This document shows, in pieces, positions 21,326 to 29,647 of a stretch of DNA of 45,219 nt; position 1 is the stretch's first letter; every line of letters begins with the position of its first letter. The stretch is from Gemmatimonadales bacterium (GTDB lineage Bacteria > Gemmatimonadota > Gemmatimonadetes > Gemmatimonadales > GWC2-71-9). Made by a program: the position numbers and the translations under genes. The notes below the pieces were generated by a model, which was not told where the DNA came from, searched no databases, and saw only the letters and a program-made list of their open reading frames with translations. The stretch spans positions 1-45,219 of the forward strand of contig DAOMFQ010000001.1 in assembly GCA_035429905.1 (NCBI GenBank), in the 5' to 3' direction.

Positions 21326-22150
21326 ATGCGGGTGTACATCTCCGTGGACATGGAAGGCGTGGCCGGGGTGGTCCACGAAGACCAGACCAACCCGATCGAT
21401 CCGCGATGCGCCGGGGAATACGGGCGGTTCCGTCGCCTCATGACGGCCGAGGCCAACGCCGCCATCGCAGGGGCGCTGTCGGCCGGCGCGACGCGCGTGG
21501 TGGTGAACGACAGCCACTGGGAGATGCGCAACCTCCTGGCGGAGGAGCTGCACCCGGCGGCCGAACTGGTGAGCGGATCGACCAAGCCCAGGTCGATGCT
21601 GGAAGGGATCGAGGCGGGGTTCGACGCCGCCTGCTTCATCGGGTACCATGCGCAGGCAGGGACGGCGCACGCCATCCTCGACCACACCTACACCGACCGC
21701 ATCTTCCGCGTGCGCCTGAACGGGGTCGAGGTGGGCGAACTTGGCATCAACGCCGCGCTGGCCGGGCGCTTCGGCGTGCCGGTGGCGCTGGTGTCGGGCG
21801 ACCAGGCCCTGGCCGCCGAGTGCGCCGCGCTCCTCGGACCTGGCACGCGAGCCGTGATCGTGAAGCACGCGGTGGCGCGCCATGGCGCGCGCTCGGTGGC
21901 TCCGACGGAAGCCTGCCGCCTCATCCGTGATGGCGTGGCGGCCGCCGTGAAGGCGCCCCCCAAGCCATGGGCAGCGGCCTCCCCCTCCACGCTCGAGGTC
22001 GAGTTCTGTTCCAGCCATCACGCCGACATGGCGGAGCTGGTGCCGGGCAGCATCCGGAGCGGCGGCCGGAGCGTCGCGGTGACCCAAGCCGACTACGCCG
22101 ACACCTACCGCGCCTTCCGCGCGCTCTACAACTTGGCGTCGGTGCCCTGA
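21326..22150 (+). CDS. dppA: peptidase M55 family D-aminopeptidase (DppA-type)
   Basis: The N-terminus MRVYISVDMEGVAGVV is the hallmark of Bacillus DppA-type M55 peptidases. It also contains VVNDSHWEMRNL, FIGYHAQAG and HTY. Confidence 0.88.
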   Translation: MRVYISVDMEGVAGVVHEDQTNPIDPRCAGEYGRFRRLMTAEANAAIAGALSAGATRVVVNDSHWEMRNLLAEELHPAAELVSGSTKPRSMLEGIEAGFDAACFIGYHAQAGTAHAILDHTYTDRIFRVRLNGVEVGELGINAALAGRFGVPVALVSGDQALAAECAALLGPGTRAVIVKHAVARHGARSVAPTEACRLIRDGVAAAVKAPPKPWAAASPSTLEVEFCSSHHADMAELVPGSIRSGGRSVAVTQADYADTYRAFRALYNLASVP

Positions 22151-23640
22151 GGAGCGGCGGGCGCCGGACACGCCCCCACCGCCTCCCACGCCGGCCCGAC
22201 CCGGCGCCCGGCCGTCAGCCGCGCGAAGTTCCAGGTCGACGCCGGCCCCGTCCTTCCCAGCTCCGCACGCCACCGCGTCTCCAACACCCTCAAGAGGGCG
22301 CACCGCTCGGGCGCCGGCAGCGCCCCCGCCCCTTCGATGATGGCAGGAACCGCGTCGGCGCTGAGCCGCCCGAGGTACGCCGTGTCCAGCGGTGCGCCGT
22401 CGAGGGCCCTGCCGAGGTTCACCCGCGCGATGGTGGCGTCGGGATTGACGACGTTGAGCGCCAGAAGCGCCATCAACGCGGTGAGAATCGCCCCGGGCGC
22501 GAACCGCGAGCGCCGCCCACGCAGGACCGTGGCGGCGAACCAGGCGAGGAGCACCCCGAGCCAGGTCATGAACGCGAGGGTATAGAAGCGGTCTTCGGTC
22601 AGCCCGTAGTAGGAGCGATAGAGCAGCATCCGATGGTAGGCGCTGGCGAGCAGGAGGGCGAGGAGGACGAGGACCGCCCCCGTCAGCCGCCGGAACCGCC
22701 GGATGTCCGTCGCCTCCTGCCGGTCGAGCAGCCAGTCGGCCGCCAGCAGCATGGGGAGGGTCAGCGCCGTCACGGCGACCAGCTCGAAGAATCCCTGCCG
22801 GGCGTAATCGGCCACCGTGGTCCCGGTGAGTGCCTGGAATTCGCCCGGGCCCAGGAACAGCTCCCTCGCCTGGAACCCGACGAACAGCGCGAACAGCGCG
22901 CCGATGGCGCCCAGGAAGCTGAGCACGGTGGCCGGCGGCACCCGCAGGCTCAGTTGGAACGGGATCGCCGGAAGTCCGCCTTCGCGCCAGAATCCGCCGC
23001 GCAGTATGCCGGCGGTCGCCCACGCCATGAGCCCGGCCAGGAAGACATGCGTGGCAATCTCCTGGAGGTCGATCGTCAGGATCCTCGCCATGGTCTGGCC
23101 GAAGAGCGGGTCCGCCTCGCTCAGCAGCGAACCGAAGAGGAAGAGCACCGGGACCGCCGCGACGAGCCCCGCCGCCACGGCGGTCAGGCGGCGCGTCCGC
23201 GCCGTGAGCGGCAGTTCCGCCCACGTGATGTCCGAGAGCACCGGGGGAATCGCTCCTCCAAGGACAGACGCCGCCGTCCAGATGCCGCCGCGAAGCAGAT
23301 CGGATACCCCGAGCCGGTCCAGCGACCGCATGGCCGTGCCGGGGGAGGCGACGACGAGAAGCCCGATGATGGCCACCACGTCGAAGGCGAAGAGCGTCGG
23401 AGAATCGCGCCAGAGCAGGCAGGGGATGACGGCCGCCACGGCGGCGGCCAGCCATCCCGCCTGGGGCGGCGCCGTCAGCGCGCCGGCGCGGATCAGCGCG
23501 TAGGCGGCGAGCAGCACGGCAACCCCGAACAGCGTCACGTCGAGGCGGGCGGGTACCCAGACTCGGAGCGCCTCTCCCGAAATGCCCAGCGCGGCGGCCG
23601 CGCCCAGGAGGGCCAGCGCGCGTCCGGTTTGACCGTTCAT
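22126..23640 (-). CDS. polytopic integral membrane protein of unknown function (DUF4153/DUF4173-like?)
   Basis: The 504-aa ORF has roughly 10 hydrophobic helices over about the first 400 aa and a soluble C-terminal part. Its ATG overlaps the upstream stop (ATGA at 23637-23640). Its 3' end overlaps the dppA 3' end convergently by 25 nt. Confidence 0.75.
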   Translation of the reverse strand: MNGQTGRALALLGAAAALGISGEALRVWVPARLDVTLFGVAVLLAAYALIRAGALTAPPQAGWLAAAVAAVIPCLLWRDSPTLFAFDVVAIIGLLVVASPGTAMRSLDRLGVSDLLRGGIWTAASVLGGAIPPVLSDITWAELPLTARTRRLTAVAAGLVAAVPVLFLFGSLLSEADPLFGQTMARILTIDLQEIATHVFLAGLMAWATAGILRGGFWREGGLPAIPFQLSLRVPPATVLSFLGAIGALFALFVGFQARELFLGPGEFQALTGTTVADYARQGFFELVAVTALTLPMLLAADWLLDRQEATDIRRFRRLTGAVLVLLALLLASAYHRMLLYRSYYGLTEDRFYTLAFMTWLGVLLAWFAATVLRGRRSRFAPGAILTALMALLALNVVNPDATIARVNLGRALDGAPLDTAYLGRLSADAVPAIIEGAGALPAPERCALLRVLETRWRAELGRTGPASTWNFARLTAGRRVGPAWEAVGACPAPAAPQGTDAKL

Positions 23641-24230
23641 TGGGGGGTGTCCCCCAGGCCGAGGGTGGTCTTGCCCTGCGCGCGGCTGTTCGCGGGCCCC
23701 AGCAGGAGGGCGTCGATCAGGCCGGGATAGGTCACCCGGAGGGAGTACGGGTATCCGGTGGCCGGCACGTTGAAGAAGATCGAGCCGTCGTGCGACTGGC
23801 CGGCCGCGAGGGGCTCGAGGAACCCCCGGAAGTCGGATTCCGGCACCGCGACCTCGCCGTGGACCCCGACCAGCCGAAACTCGAGATACTGGGGGTACTC
23901 CGGCTCCTGCTTCGCGTCGCTCCGCAACCGCACGGTCACGCCGACCCGGTCGTCCTCTGACTCGCTCCCCAGCACCGACACGTGCAGGTGGCAGTCAAAT
24001 CCGCAGAAATGGAGCTCCTGCCCGAGCGGCAGCACCCGCCTGGGCGTGAGGAGGGCGAAGGCCGCCGTGGCGGCCAGGTAGACGAGCACGAGGCCGCCGG
24101 TGCCGAACAGCGCCCGGCCCGCCAGGCGACGGTTCCCGCGCGCCAGCGCGAAGACGCCGATGCCCAGGCCGAGGAGCGCGAGCAGCGACGCGCCGGCGAG
24201 CGCGAGAAATCCGAGGAAATGCGACCACAT
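23637..24230 (-). CDS. membrane-anchored protein of unknown function (2 TM plus beta-rich extracytoplasmic domain)
   Basis: The protein begins MWSHFLGFLALAGASLLALLGLGIGVFALA. ATG 24230 has GGAGGA 6 nt upstream, and an alternative ATG lies at 24245. It contains an HFCGFDCHLH Cys/His cluster. Confidence 0.7.
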   Translation of the reverse strand: MWSHFLGFLALAGASLLALLGLGIGVFALARGNRRLAGRALFGTGGLVLVYLAATAAFALLTPRRVLPLGQELHFCGFDCHLHVSVLGSESEDDRVGVTVRLRSDAKQEPEYPQYLEFRLVGVHGEVAVPESDFRGFLEPLAAGQSHDGSIFFNVPATGYPYSLRVTYPGLIDALLLGPANSRAQGKTTLGLGDTPQ

Positions 24231-24253
24231 CCGGGTGTCCTCCATGGGAAGAT

Positions 24254-24985
24254 TCAGACGGCGGCGCTCAGCGGCAGCCCGCCGAAGCGTCGTTCGCGTG
24301 CGTGGAACTCGGTCAGGGCGGCCTGCAGGTCGGCCGCCTCGAAGTCGGGCCACATCGTGGCCGTGAAGTACAGCTCGGCATAGGCCAGCTCCCACAGCAG
24401 GAAGTCGCTGAGGCGCCGTTCGCCGCCGGTGCGGATCAGGAGGTCGACCGGCGGCACGAGGGGGCCGCCGTGCCCCGCGTCCGTCAGGGCGCGGTCGAAC
24501 TCCTCGCGGGTGGGGGCCGGCGCGTCCGCGAGTGCGCGGGCCGCGCTCAGGATCGCGTCGCGCCCGGAGTAGTCGATGGCCAGGCGCAGGTGGAGCCGCC
24601 GGCCCCGCGCGGTGTCGGCCTCGGCACGGGTGATGGCGGCCTGCAGGAGCGCGGGGAGGCGGTCGCGGCGACCGATGACGGAGAGCCGGATCCCGGTGGC
24701 GACGCACCGGGTCACCTCGGACCGCAGGTGTTCCCGGAAGAGCCGGAGCAGCCAGCGGACCTCGCGCTCCGGGCGGGTCCAGTTGTCCGCGGAAAACGCG
24801 TAGAGCGTCAGCGTGCCGACGCCGGCGGCAGGACAGGACTCCACCAGGCGCCGCACGGCGACCGCGCCGGCCTGGTGTCCGGCGGCGCGCGGGAGTCCGC
24901 GCCGGGTGGCCCAGCGGCCGTTGCCGTCGAGGATGACGGCGAGGTGCAGGCCCGCGGGGGCGGCGGGCACGAAAGGACTTTGCAT
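24254..24985 (-). CDS. uppS: undecaprenyl (isoprenyl) diphosphate synthase
   Basis: The protein contains HLAVILDGNGRWA, TLYAFSADNWTRPEREV, RTGGERRLSDFLLWELAYAELYF and WPDF. ATG 24985 has a GAGGAG SD. Confidence 0.93.
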   Translation of the reverse strand: MQSPFVPAAPAGLHLAVILDGNGRWATRRGLPRAAGHQAGAVAVRRLVESCPAAGVGTLTLYAFSADNWTRPEREVRWLLRLFREHLRSEVTRCVATGIRLSVIGRRDRLPALLQAAITRAEADTARGRRLHLRLAIDYSGRDAILSAARALADAPAPTREEFDRALTDAGHGGPLVPPVDLLIRTGGERRLSDFLLWELAYAELYFTATMWPDFEAADLQAALTEFHARERRFGGLPLSAAV

Positions 24986-25020
24986 CACAAAGCTACTCCT
25001 CAAAAAAAGGGAGCCTGCGG

Positions 25021-25413
25021 TCAGCCGTCGCGGGTGCGGCGGATGAGCGCCTCCATGTGGTCGAGATAGCCGTCCAGCGCGCGGCGTCCGGCCGATGTCA
25101 GCCGGAAGTCGGTGCGCGGCACGCGGCCCGCAAACCCCTTCCGGCACTCCACGTACCCCGCGTCTTCCAGCTTCCGGGCGTGCACGCTCAGGTTGCCGTC
25201 GGTGATGCCCACGAGCGCCTTGAGCTCGGTGAAGGACAGCGAGTCGTGCACCGCCAGGGCGCTCACGATGGCCAGTCGCTTCCGCTCGTGGATGACCTGG
25301 TCCAGCGAGGCCGCCTGGGCGGCACCCCTGCCCCGGACCGCGGCCAGGCGCCCTCGGCCATCCGGCCCACGGGCAGTTGCCTCCGGCTTTCGCGCCGACG
25401 ATGTCCTAGCCAC
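25021..25413 (-). CDS. winged-helix transcriptional regulator (ArsR/HTH_34-like)
   Basis: The protein reads LDQVIHERKRLAIVSALAVHDSLSFTELKALVGITDGNLSVHARKLEDAGYVECRKGF...RTDFRLTSAGRRAL. GTG 25413 has GGAGG 5 nt upstream and overlaps the upstream gene stop by 8 nt. Confidence 0.8.
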   Translation of the reverse strand: MARTSSARKPEATARGPDGRGRLAAVRGRGAAQAASLDQVIHERKRLAIVSALAVHDSLSFTELKALVGITDGNLSVHARKLEDAGYVECRKGFAGRVPRTDFRLTSAGRRALDGYLDHMEALIRRTRDG

Positions 25414-26008
25414 CGTGCCTCCGTGCGATGAAGAGTCCGAACCCGATCTGCACCCCACCGAACCCCAGGGCCATCCCGGCGTTGCCCCAGGCGGGGACGA
25501 AGAGCACCACCGCGCCGATGGTCATGAGGATCAGCCCCATGAGGGGCACGGCCCGCACTGAAAAGGCGCCGCCGGTCACCACGCCGGTGCCGTAGAGCAA
25601 CAGCCACATGCCGGGCAGCAGCCTGCCCTGGCCCGCGCTCCACAACGCCGTGGTGAGCAGCACCCCCGCGAAGAGCGGGGGTGAAAAGCTCAGGAAGAAC
25701 TGCCGGGCCGGCCTGGTGAGCGCCGCCCCCTCGAGGAGGCGGGACTTCCGACCCAGCGACCAGGCCCCGATCAGGAACGCCACTGCGGCGTCGGCCAGCC
25801 AGACCGCCAACCATCCCCGGGGCGTGGCCTGCCGGGCCGCAAGCGCCGCCGCCACCAGGGCCGAGGCGCCCATGCCCACCCCGCCCCACCCCGGCACCCC
25901 CGTGAACGCGGTGGCACGGGCCATCGTGTCACGGATGAACGTGAGGTTATCGAGGGCGCGGTCGCCGAGGGCGGCGGTGCCGCGTGGCGACGGGGACTGG
26001 CTGGCCAT
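25406..26008 (-). CDS. integral membrane protein of unknown function (4-5 TM)
   Basis: The protein begins MASQSPSPRGTAALGDRALDNLTFIRDTMARATAFTGVPGWGGVGMG, followed by hydrophobic helices. Alternative start ATG 26017. It is co-transcribed with the HTH regulator. Confidence 0.7.
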   Translation of the reverse strand: MASQSPSPRGTAALGDRALDNLTFIRDTMARATAFTGVPGWGGVGMGASALVAAALAARQATPRGWLAVWLADAAVAFLIGAWSLGRKSRLLEGAALTRPARQFFLSFSPPLFAGVLLTTALWSAGQGRLLPGMWLLLYGTGVVTGGAFSVRAVPLMGLILMTIGAVVLFVPAWGNAGMALGFGGVQIGFGLFIARRHGG

Positions 26009-26015
26009 ACCAGGC

Positions 26016-26044
26016 ATGCTAGCGCCGGGGGCCCACTTCGTCAA
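26016..26044 (-). promoter_or_regulatory. candidate promoter TTGACG-17 nt-TAGCAT placing the TSS at or near ATG 26008 (leaderless), overlapped by palindrome AAGTACTT
   Basis: On the minus strand, TTGACG lies at 26044-26039, followed by a 17-nt spacer and TAGCAT at 26021-26016. ATG 26008 is 7 nt downstream of the -10. The perfect 8-bp palindrome AAGTACTT lies at 26043-26050. Confidence 0.3.
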
Positions 26045-26147
26045 GTACTTTGTTACACAGAGTGCCACCCGGCCCGCTCCCGCCGGTGGCGGCACCTTCC
26101 CTCCGGTGCCACATTCTCCGTGCCGCCTCCGCCCGGGAAGGCCCCTG

Positions 26148-26786
26148 ATGCCAGCACGCGATTCCGCCGAACAGGCCCAACTCCTCCGCCTCACCGTGCT
26201 CCTCGGCGGACCCGTGCTGTTCATCGGCGCGCTCGCCCTGTACTTCGTGTTGCGCGGCTCCCACCTGCCTGGCCTCGTCGTGCTCCTGCTGTATCTCCTG
26301 CTCCTGCCAGCCACCTGGGGGGTCATCCTCCTGGCGGAAGCGGCCACGACCCGCTCGGCCGTCGGCGTCATCACGGCGCTCCACGCCGCCCACACTGCAC
26401 CTCGCCCGCAGGGTTTCTCCCGGCAGGAAGCCCTCGTGGCGCAGGGCCGCCTCGAGGAGGCGGCCACGGCCTACCGACTCCACCTGCTCGCCGCGCCCGA
26501 CGACATCGCGGCCATGGTGGCCCTGGGCCGCCTCCTCGGCGGACCGCTGGGCGATACGCCCGGGGCGGAGGCGGCCTATCAATCCGCCCGGCGGCTGGAG
26601 CCGGACGCGGGATGGGCGCGGGTCATCGCCAACGACCTGATCGACTTGTTCGAGCGGACGGGCCAGGACGGGAGGATGCGGGTCGAGCTGGCCCGCTTCG
26701 CGGACCGGTATCGCGGAACCCGGGAGGGTGACGCCGCGGCGGAGCGGCTGCGCGCCATGCGGGAAGTCCCCCGTCAGGGGGCCTGA
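26148..26786 (+). CDS. membrane-anchored protein with TPR-like helical repeats
   Basis: The 212-aa protein has two N-terminal hydrophobic helices (LTVLLGGPVLFIGALALYFVL, VVLLLYLLLLPATWGVILL). An Ala/Leu/Arg helical region with TPR-like spacing follows (EALVAQGRLEEAATAYRLHL...AAYQSARRLEP). Confidence 0.6.
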   Translation: MPARDSAEQAQLLRLTVLLGGPVLFIGALALYFVLRGSHLPGLVVLLLYLLLLPATWGVILLAEAATTRSAVGVITALHAAHTAPRPQGFSRQEALVAQGRLEEAATAYRLHLLAAPDDIAAMVALGRLLGGPLGDTPGAEAAYQSARRLEPDAGWARVIANDLIDLFERTGQDGRMRVELARFADRYRGTREGDAAAERLRAMREVPRQGA

Positions 26787-27631
26787 GCGGCCCCCTTCCG
26801 CGCGTCACGCTCCGCGCGATCGGCGGCCTCCTCGACCCGCTGCCACCGGAAGAAGACGATCGCCATGGCGAGCCAGATGATCGGGTCGGCCACCGCCTTC
26901 ATGATGAGGCCGGCGGCCTGCTGGTCGGTGATGGCCGGAATGCCGTTCACCCGCGGCGCGAGTTCATAGAGCGAGTAGACCGGGAAATCGGCGTACGTCA
27001 GGAACGCGGCGGGGACGATCGGCACCAGCGTACTCAGGAAGAGGTACCCGATCTTCCAGGGATACGACACCCTGCTGATGGCGGGGTTGGGCGCCAGGAC
27101 CGGCCACCACATCACGAGGCCGCCGACGAGCCACGCCACGTCCACCGCGAACGAACCGAACTGGGTTCGCCGGAAGCCGTCGACCACCGGCGGAAGGTGT
27201 GTGGCGAGCAGGATCGCGTCGGTGATGACCAGGGCCACGACCGGCCGGGCCAGGAGCCGGAGCACTCGCCCGAGGCGGGACTCCGCAGCGGCCGCCTGTG
27301 GCAGCCAGGCCGGCACGCCGAGCAGGAGGAAGGGCGGCACGACGAGCGTGTAGAGAATCCACTGCGCCGTGTGCACGGTGAGCAGGTAGCCGGCGCCGAG
27401 CGCCCCTATCGGCCAGTCGGTGGCGAGCCAGAGCACCACGAGGCCCAGCGTGAACCACGCGGCGCGCCCCGCGGGAAGCGGCGCCTGTCCGGCGGGCAGG
27501 TGGCGTGGCGCCAGGCGACGAACCAGCAGGAAGAATCCCGCGCCCAGGCCGAGCACGAAGAGCCACACGCCGGGGTACGCCTGCCAGGTCCAGTTCCAGG
27601 CCACGTCCCTGGCCGCGCACCACCAGGTCAT
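26774..27631 (-). CDS. ctaG: cytochrome c oxidase assembly factor CtaG (Caa3_CtaG family membrane protein)
   Basis: The 285-aa polytopic protein contains WNWTWQAYPGVWLFVL, HTAQWILYTLVVPPFLLLGVP and ADPIIWL. Its neighbours are PCuAC and SCO1. Confidence 0.7.
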   Translation of the reverse strand: MTWWCAARDVAWNWTWQAYPGVWLFVLGLGAGFFLLVRRLAPRHLPAGQAPLPAGRAAWFTLGLVVLWLATDWPIGALGAGYLLTVHTAQWILYTLVVPPFLLLGVPAWLPQAAAAESRLGRVLRLLARPVVALVITDAILLATHLPPVVDGFRRTQFGSFAVDVAWLVGGLVMWWPVLAPNPAISRVSYPWKIGYLFLSTLVPIVPAAFLTYADFPVYSLYELAPRVNGIPAITDQQAAGLIMKAVADPIIWLAMAIVFFRWQRVEEAADRAERDARKGAAQAP

Positions 27632-28056
27632 CGGGGTTCGTCCCCGTAGGCGAGCACCGGCGCCCGCACCAGGAGGGTGTCCCCGCTGGCGAAGCGCACG
27701 GTCACGAGGAGCGTATCCCCCGCGACCGGCGCCCGCTCGAATCCTTCCACCATCAGGTGCAGGCCGCCCGGCCGCAGCACCAGCACGGTCCCCCCGGGCA
27801 CCGGCACCATGTCCAGGTGCCGCATCTCGGCCCGGTCACCCTCCGTCACCTGTTCGTGGATCATCGCCACCTGTGCACCGGCCACATCCGCGCCCTGCAG
27901 GGTGTCGGCCGCGCGCCCCCGGTTCTCCACCGTGAAATAGACCGCGGCGACATCGCCGAGCACCGGCTGGTACCCGTAGGCGTCGCGGACTTCGAGCACC
28001 GGCCGGTCCGCGGCGCAGGCGGCGAGAAGGGGAAGGCAGGCAAGCAGCCGCTTCAC
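27628..28056 (-). CDS. copper chaperone PCu(A)C (DUF461)
   Basis: It has a signal/lipobox (VKRLLACLPLLAAC), then YFTVENRG...MIHE...MRHLD...GGLHLMV, which fits the H(M)x10Mx21HxM Cu(I) motif. The GTG overlaps the SCO1 stop (GTGA). Confidence 0.85.
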   Translation of the reverse strand: MKRLLACLPLLAACAADRPVLEVRDAYGYQPVLGDVAAVYFTVENRGRAADTLQGADVAGAQVAMIHEQVTEGDRAEMRHLDMVPVPGGTVLVLRPGGLHLMVEGFERAPVAGDTLLVTVRFASGDTLLVRAPVLAYGDEPR

Positions 28057-28685
28057 GGCTGGTCCGGGTAGGCCACGAGCCGTGGGATCTCCTGCGCCCA
28101 CTCCGATTGGCGGGTGCCGAACGGAAAGGCGAAGCGCGCCATGCCGTCGCGGGTGAAGGCGATGACATGCGCCGAGTGGCCGACCAGGTAGGTCCCGCCG
28201 ACGGAATCCTCCCTGAATGCGGGCGGCAGGTGCATCGCCACCTGCGCGGAGTCCACGGCGGCCTGGGTGCCCGTCAGCCCGACGAAGCCGGGGTCGAAGT
28301 GATCGAGCCACGCCCGGATCCGCGCCGGCGTGTCGCGCTCCGGGTCGGTCGTCACGAAGACCACCTTCACCTGGCGGGCCACCGCGTCGGGGAGCTTGTG
28401 CAGGGCGGCGGCGATGTTTGCCATGTGCACCGGGCAGACATCGGGACAATTGGTGTACCCGAAGAACAGCAGCGTGACGTAGCCCTCCGTTTCCTGACGG
28501 AATGCGTAGGGGCGTCCCTCCGTATCGGTAAGGGTGAACTCCGGTTTCGGGCGCGGGTTGGGATAGGCCCTCGCCGCCGATTCCCCGCCCGCTTCCGGGG
28601 CTCCCGCCGAGGGCGCGCGGCGCCCCTCGCAGGACACGAGGAGCAGGCAGAGCGGCGCGGCAAGGAGGAGGTGTTGGAGTCTCAT
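28053..28685 (-). CDS. SCO1/SenC family copper-binding thioredoxin-fold protein
   Basis: It has a signal/lipobox (MRLQHLLLAAPLCLLLVSC), the FFGYTNCPDVCP CxxxC motif, FVTTDPERDTP and the GHSAHV His ligand. Confidence 0.9.
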   Translation of the reverse strand: MRLQHLLLAAPLCLLLVSCEGRRAPSAGAPEAGGESAARAYPNPRPKPEFTLTDTEGRPYAFRQETEGYVTLLFFGYTNCPDVCPVHMANIAAALHKLPDAVARQVKVVFVTTDPERDTPARIRAWLDHFDPGFVGLTGTQAAVDSAQVAMHLPPAFREDSVGGTYLVGHSAHVIAFTRDGMARFAFPFGTRQSEWAQEIPRLVAYPDQP

Positions 28686-28720
28686 GGCAGGGAATCTATC
28701 ACCAGCGCGCGGGGCACGGC

Positions 28721-29590
28721 TCAGCCCACGCGATGCCGGCGTAGGAATTCCCACAACGTGCGCGCGCCGTCGACGCGCCGGCTCGCGGGCCCCGCAATCC
28801 AGGGCGGCAAGAGGCGCGGCCCGCCGGGCCAGTGGTGACCCAGATCCTCGACGACGAGGCAGCGCACTTCGCCGCCCGGAGCGCAGCCGGTGGCCGCCCA
28901 CTCCCGCACTCCCTCGGCCGGGACCGAATCCACCGGCGTGCCCGTGCATCCGTTGAATGCGCGCCACCGATCGAACGACTCGAGGATCGGCGGATGGTAT
29001 TCGACACTGCCCCATGGCGTCGTCACCTCTCCGCCACCGGGCGGATTGAGGAGGTCCTGCCCGCCGAACATCATCAGCGCCGGCACCGGGCGCGGGCCGC
29101 GCCCCGGCGCCACCCAGCAGTGACCGGCAACCGGACCGATGGCGGCCACCCGCGGCGCCAGCTCGGCGCCCGCGCGAAACGCCAGGGAGCCCCCGTTGGA
29201 AAAGCCGACGAGGTACATCCGGGTCGGGTCGGCACCGTGCTCGTGAATCAGGTTGGTGAGGAGCGCATCGAGGAAGCGGACGTCGTCGGTGCCGTTCCGT
29301 GCGGTGTGGCCCCGGCCCGACCCGTCGTTCCAGGTCTGCGGATTGAGCCGGAACACCGCCGGCGCTGCAGGATCCGGGCGAGTCCCCTCAGGACAGGCGA
29401 GCAGGACGCCCTCCCGATCGGCGAGTGTAGCCCAACCGGTATTGCCCAGGGCCAGCGCGGCCGTGCCGCCGGCCCCGTGCAGCAGCACCACCACGGGCCG
29501 CAGGCCGTCCGCTGGCGAAGCCGGCGCCCGTACCAGGGCACGTCGCACTCCATCCGCGGTGTCGAGGAGCAGCTCCCGGGTGAGACTCAT
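28721..29590 (-). CDS. alpha/beta-hydrolase esterase, PHB-depolymerase (LpqC/COG3509-like) family
   Basis: The protein contains VVVLLHGAGGTA, the nucleophile elbow YLVGFSNGG and the His motif VVEDLGHHWPG. The start ATG 29590 was placed by residue count within ORF 28721..29854. Confidence 0.75.
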   Translation of the reverse strand: MSLTRELLLDTADGVRRALVRAPASPADGLRPVVVLLHGAGGTAALALGNTGWATLADREGVLLACPEGTRPDPAAPAVFRLNPQTWNDGSGRGHTARNGTDDVRFLDALLTNLIHEHGADPTRMYLVGFSNGGSLAFRAGAELAPRVAAIGPVAGHCWVAPGRGPRPVPALMMFGGQDLLNPPGGGEVTTPWGSVEYHPPILESFDRWRAFNGCTGTPVDSVPAEGVREWAATGCAPGGEVRCLVVEDLGHHWPGGPRLLPPWIAGPASRRVDGARTLWEFLRRHRVG

Positions 29591-29647
29591 CCGTCCGCCG
29601 GTGGCGCGGCTCCGCCGACGCGCCCATACTTGAACGCACCCACACCC

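Noticed and set aside
21308-23455. A 715-aa minus-strand ORF spanning dppA and the polytopic membrane gene.
   Set aside because: It is out of frame with the membrane-protein ORF 22126..23640 and antisense to the M55 peptidase. Its composition is dominated by R/G/A/P.
24986-25020. An A7 run (T7 on the minus strand) after the HTH gene, considered as an intrinsic terminator.
   Set aside because: No convincing GC-rich stem precedes the T-run on the minus strand. The region instead supplies the GAGGAG SD for uppS.
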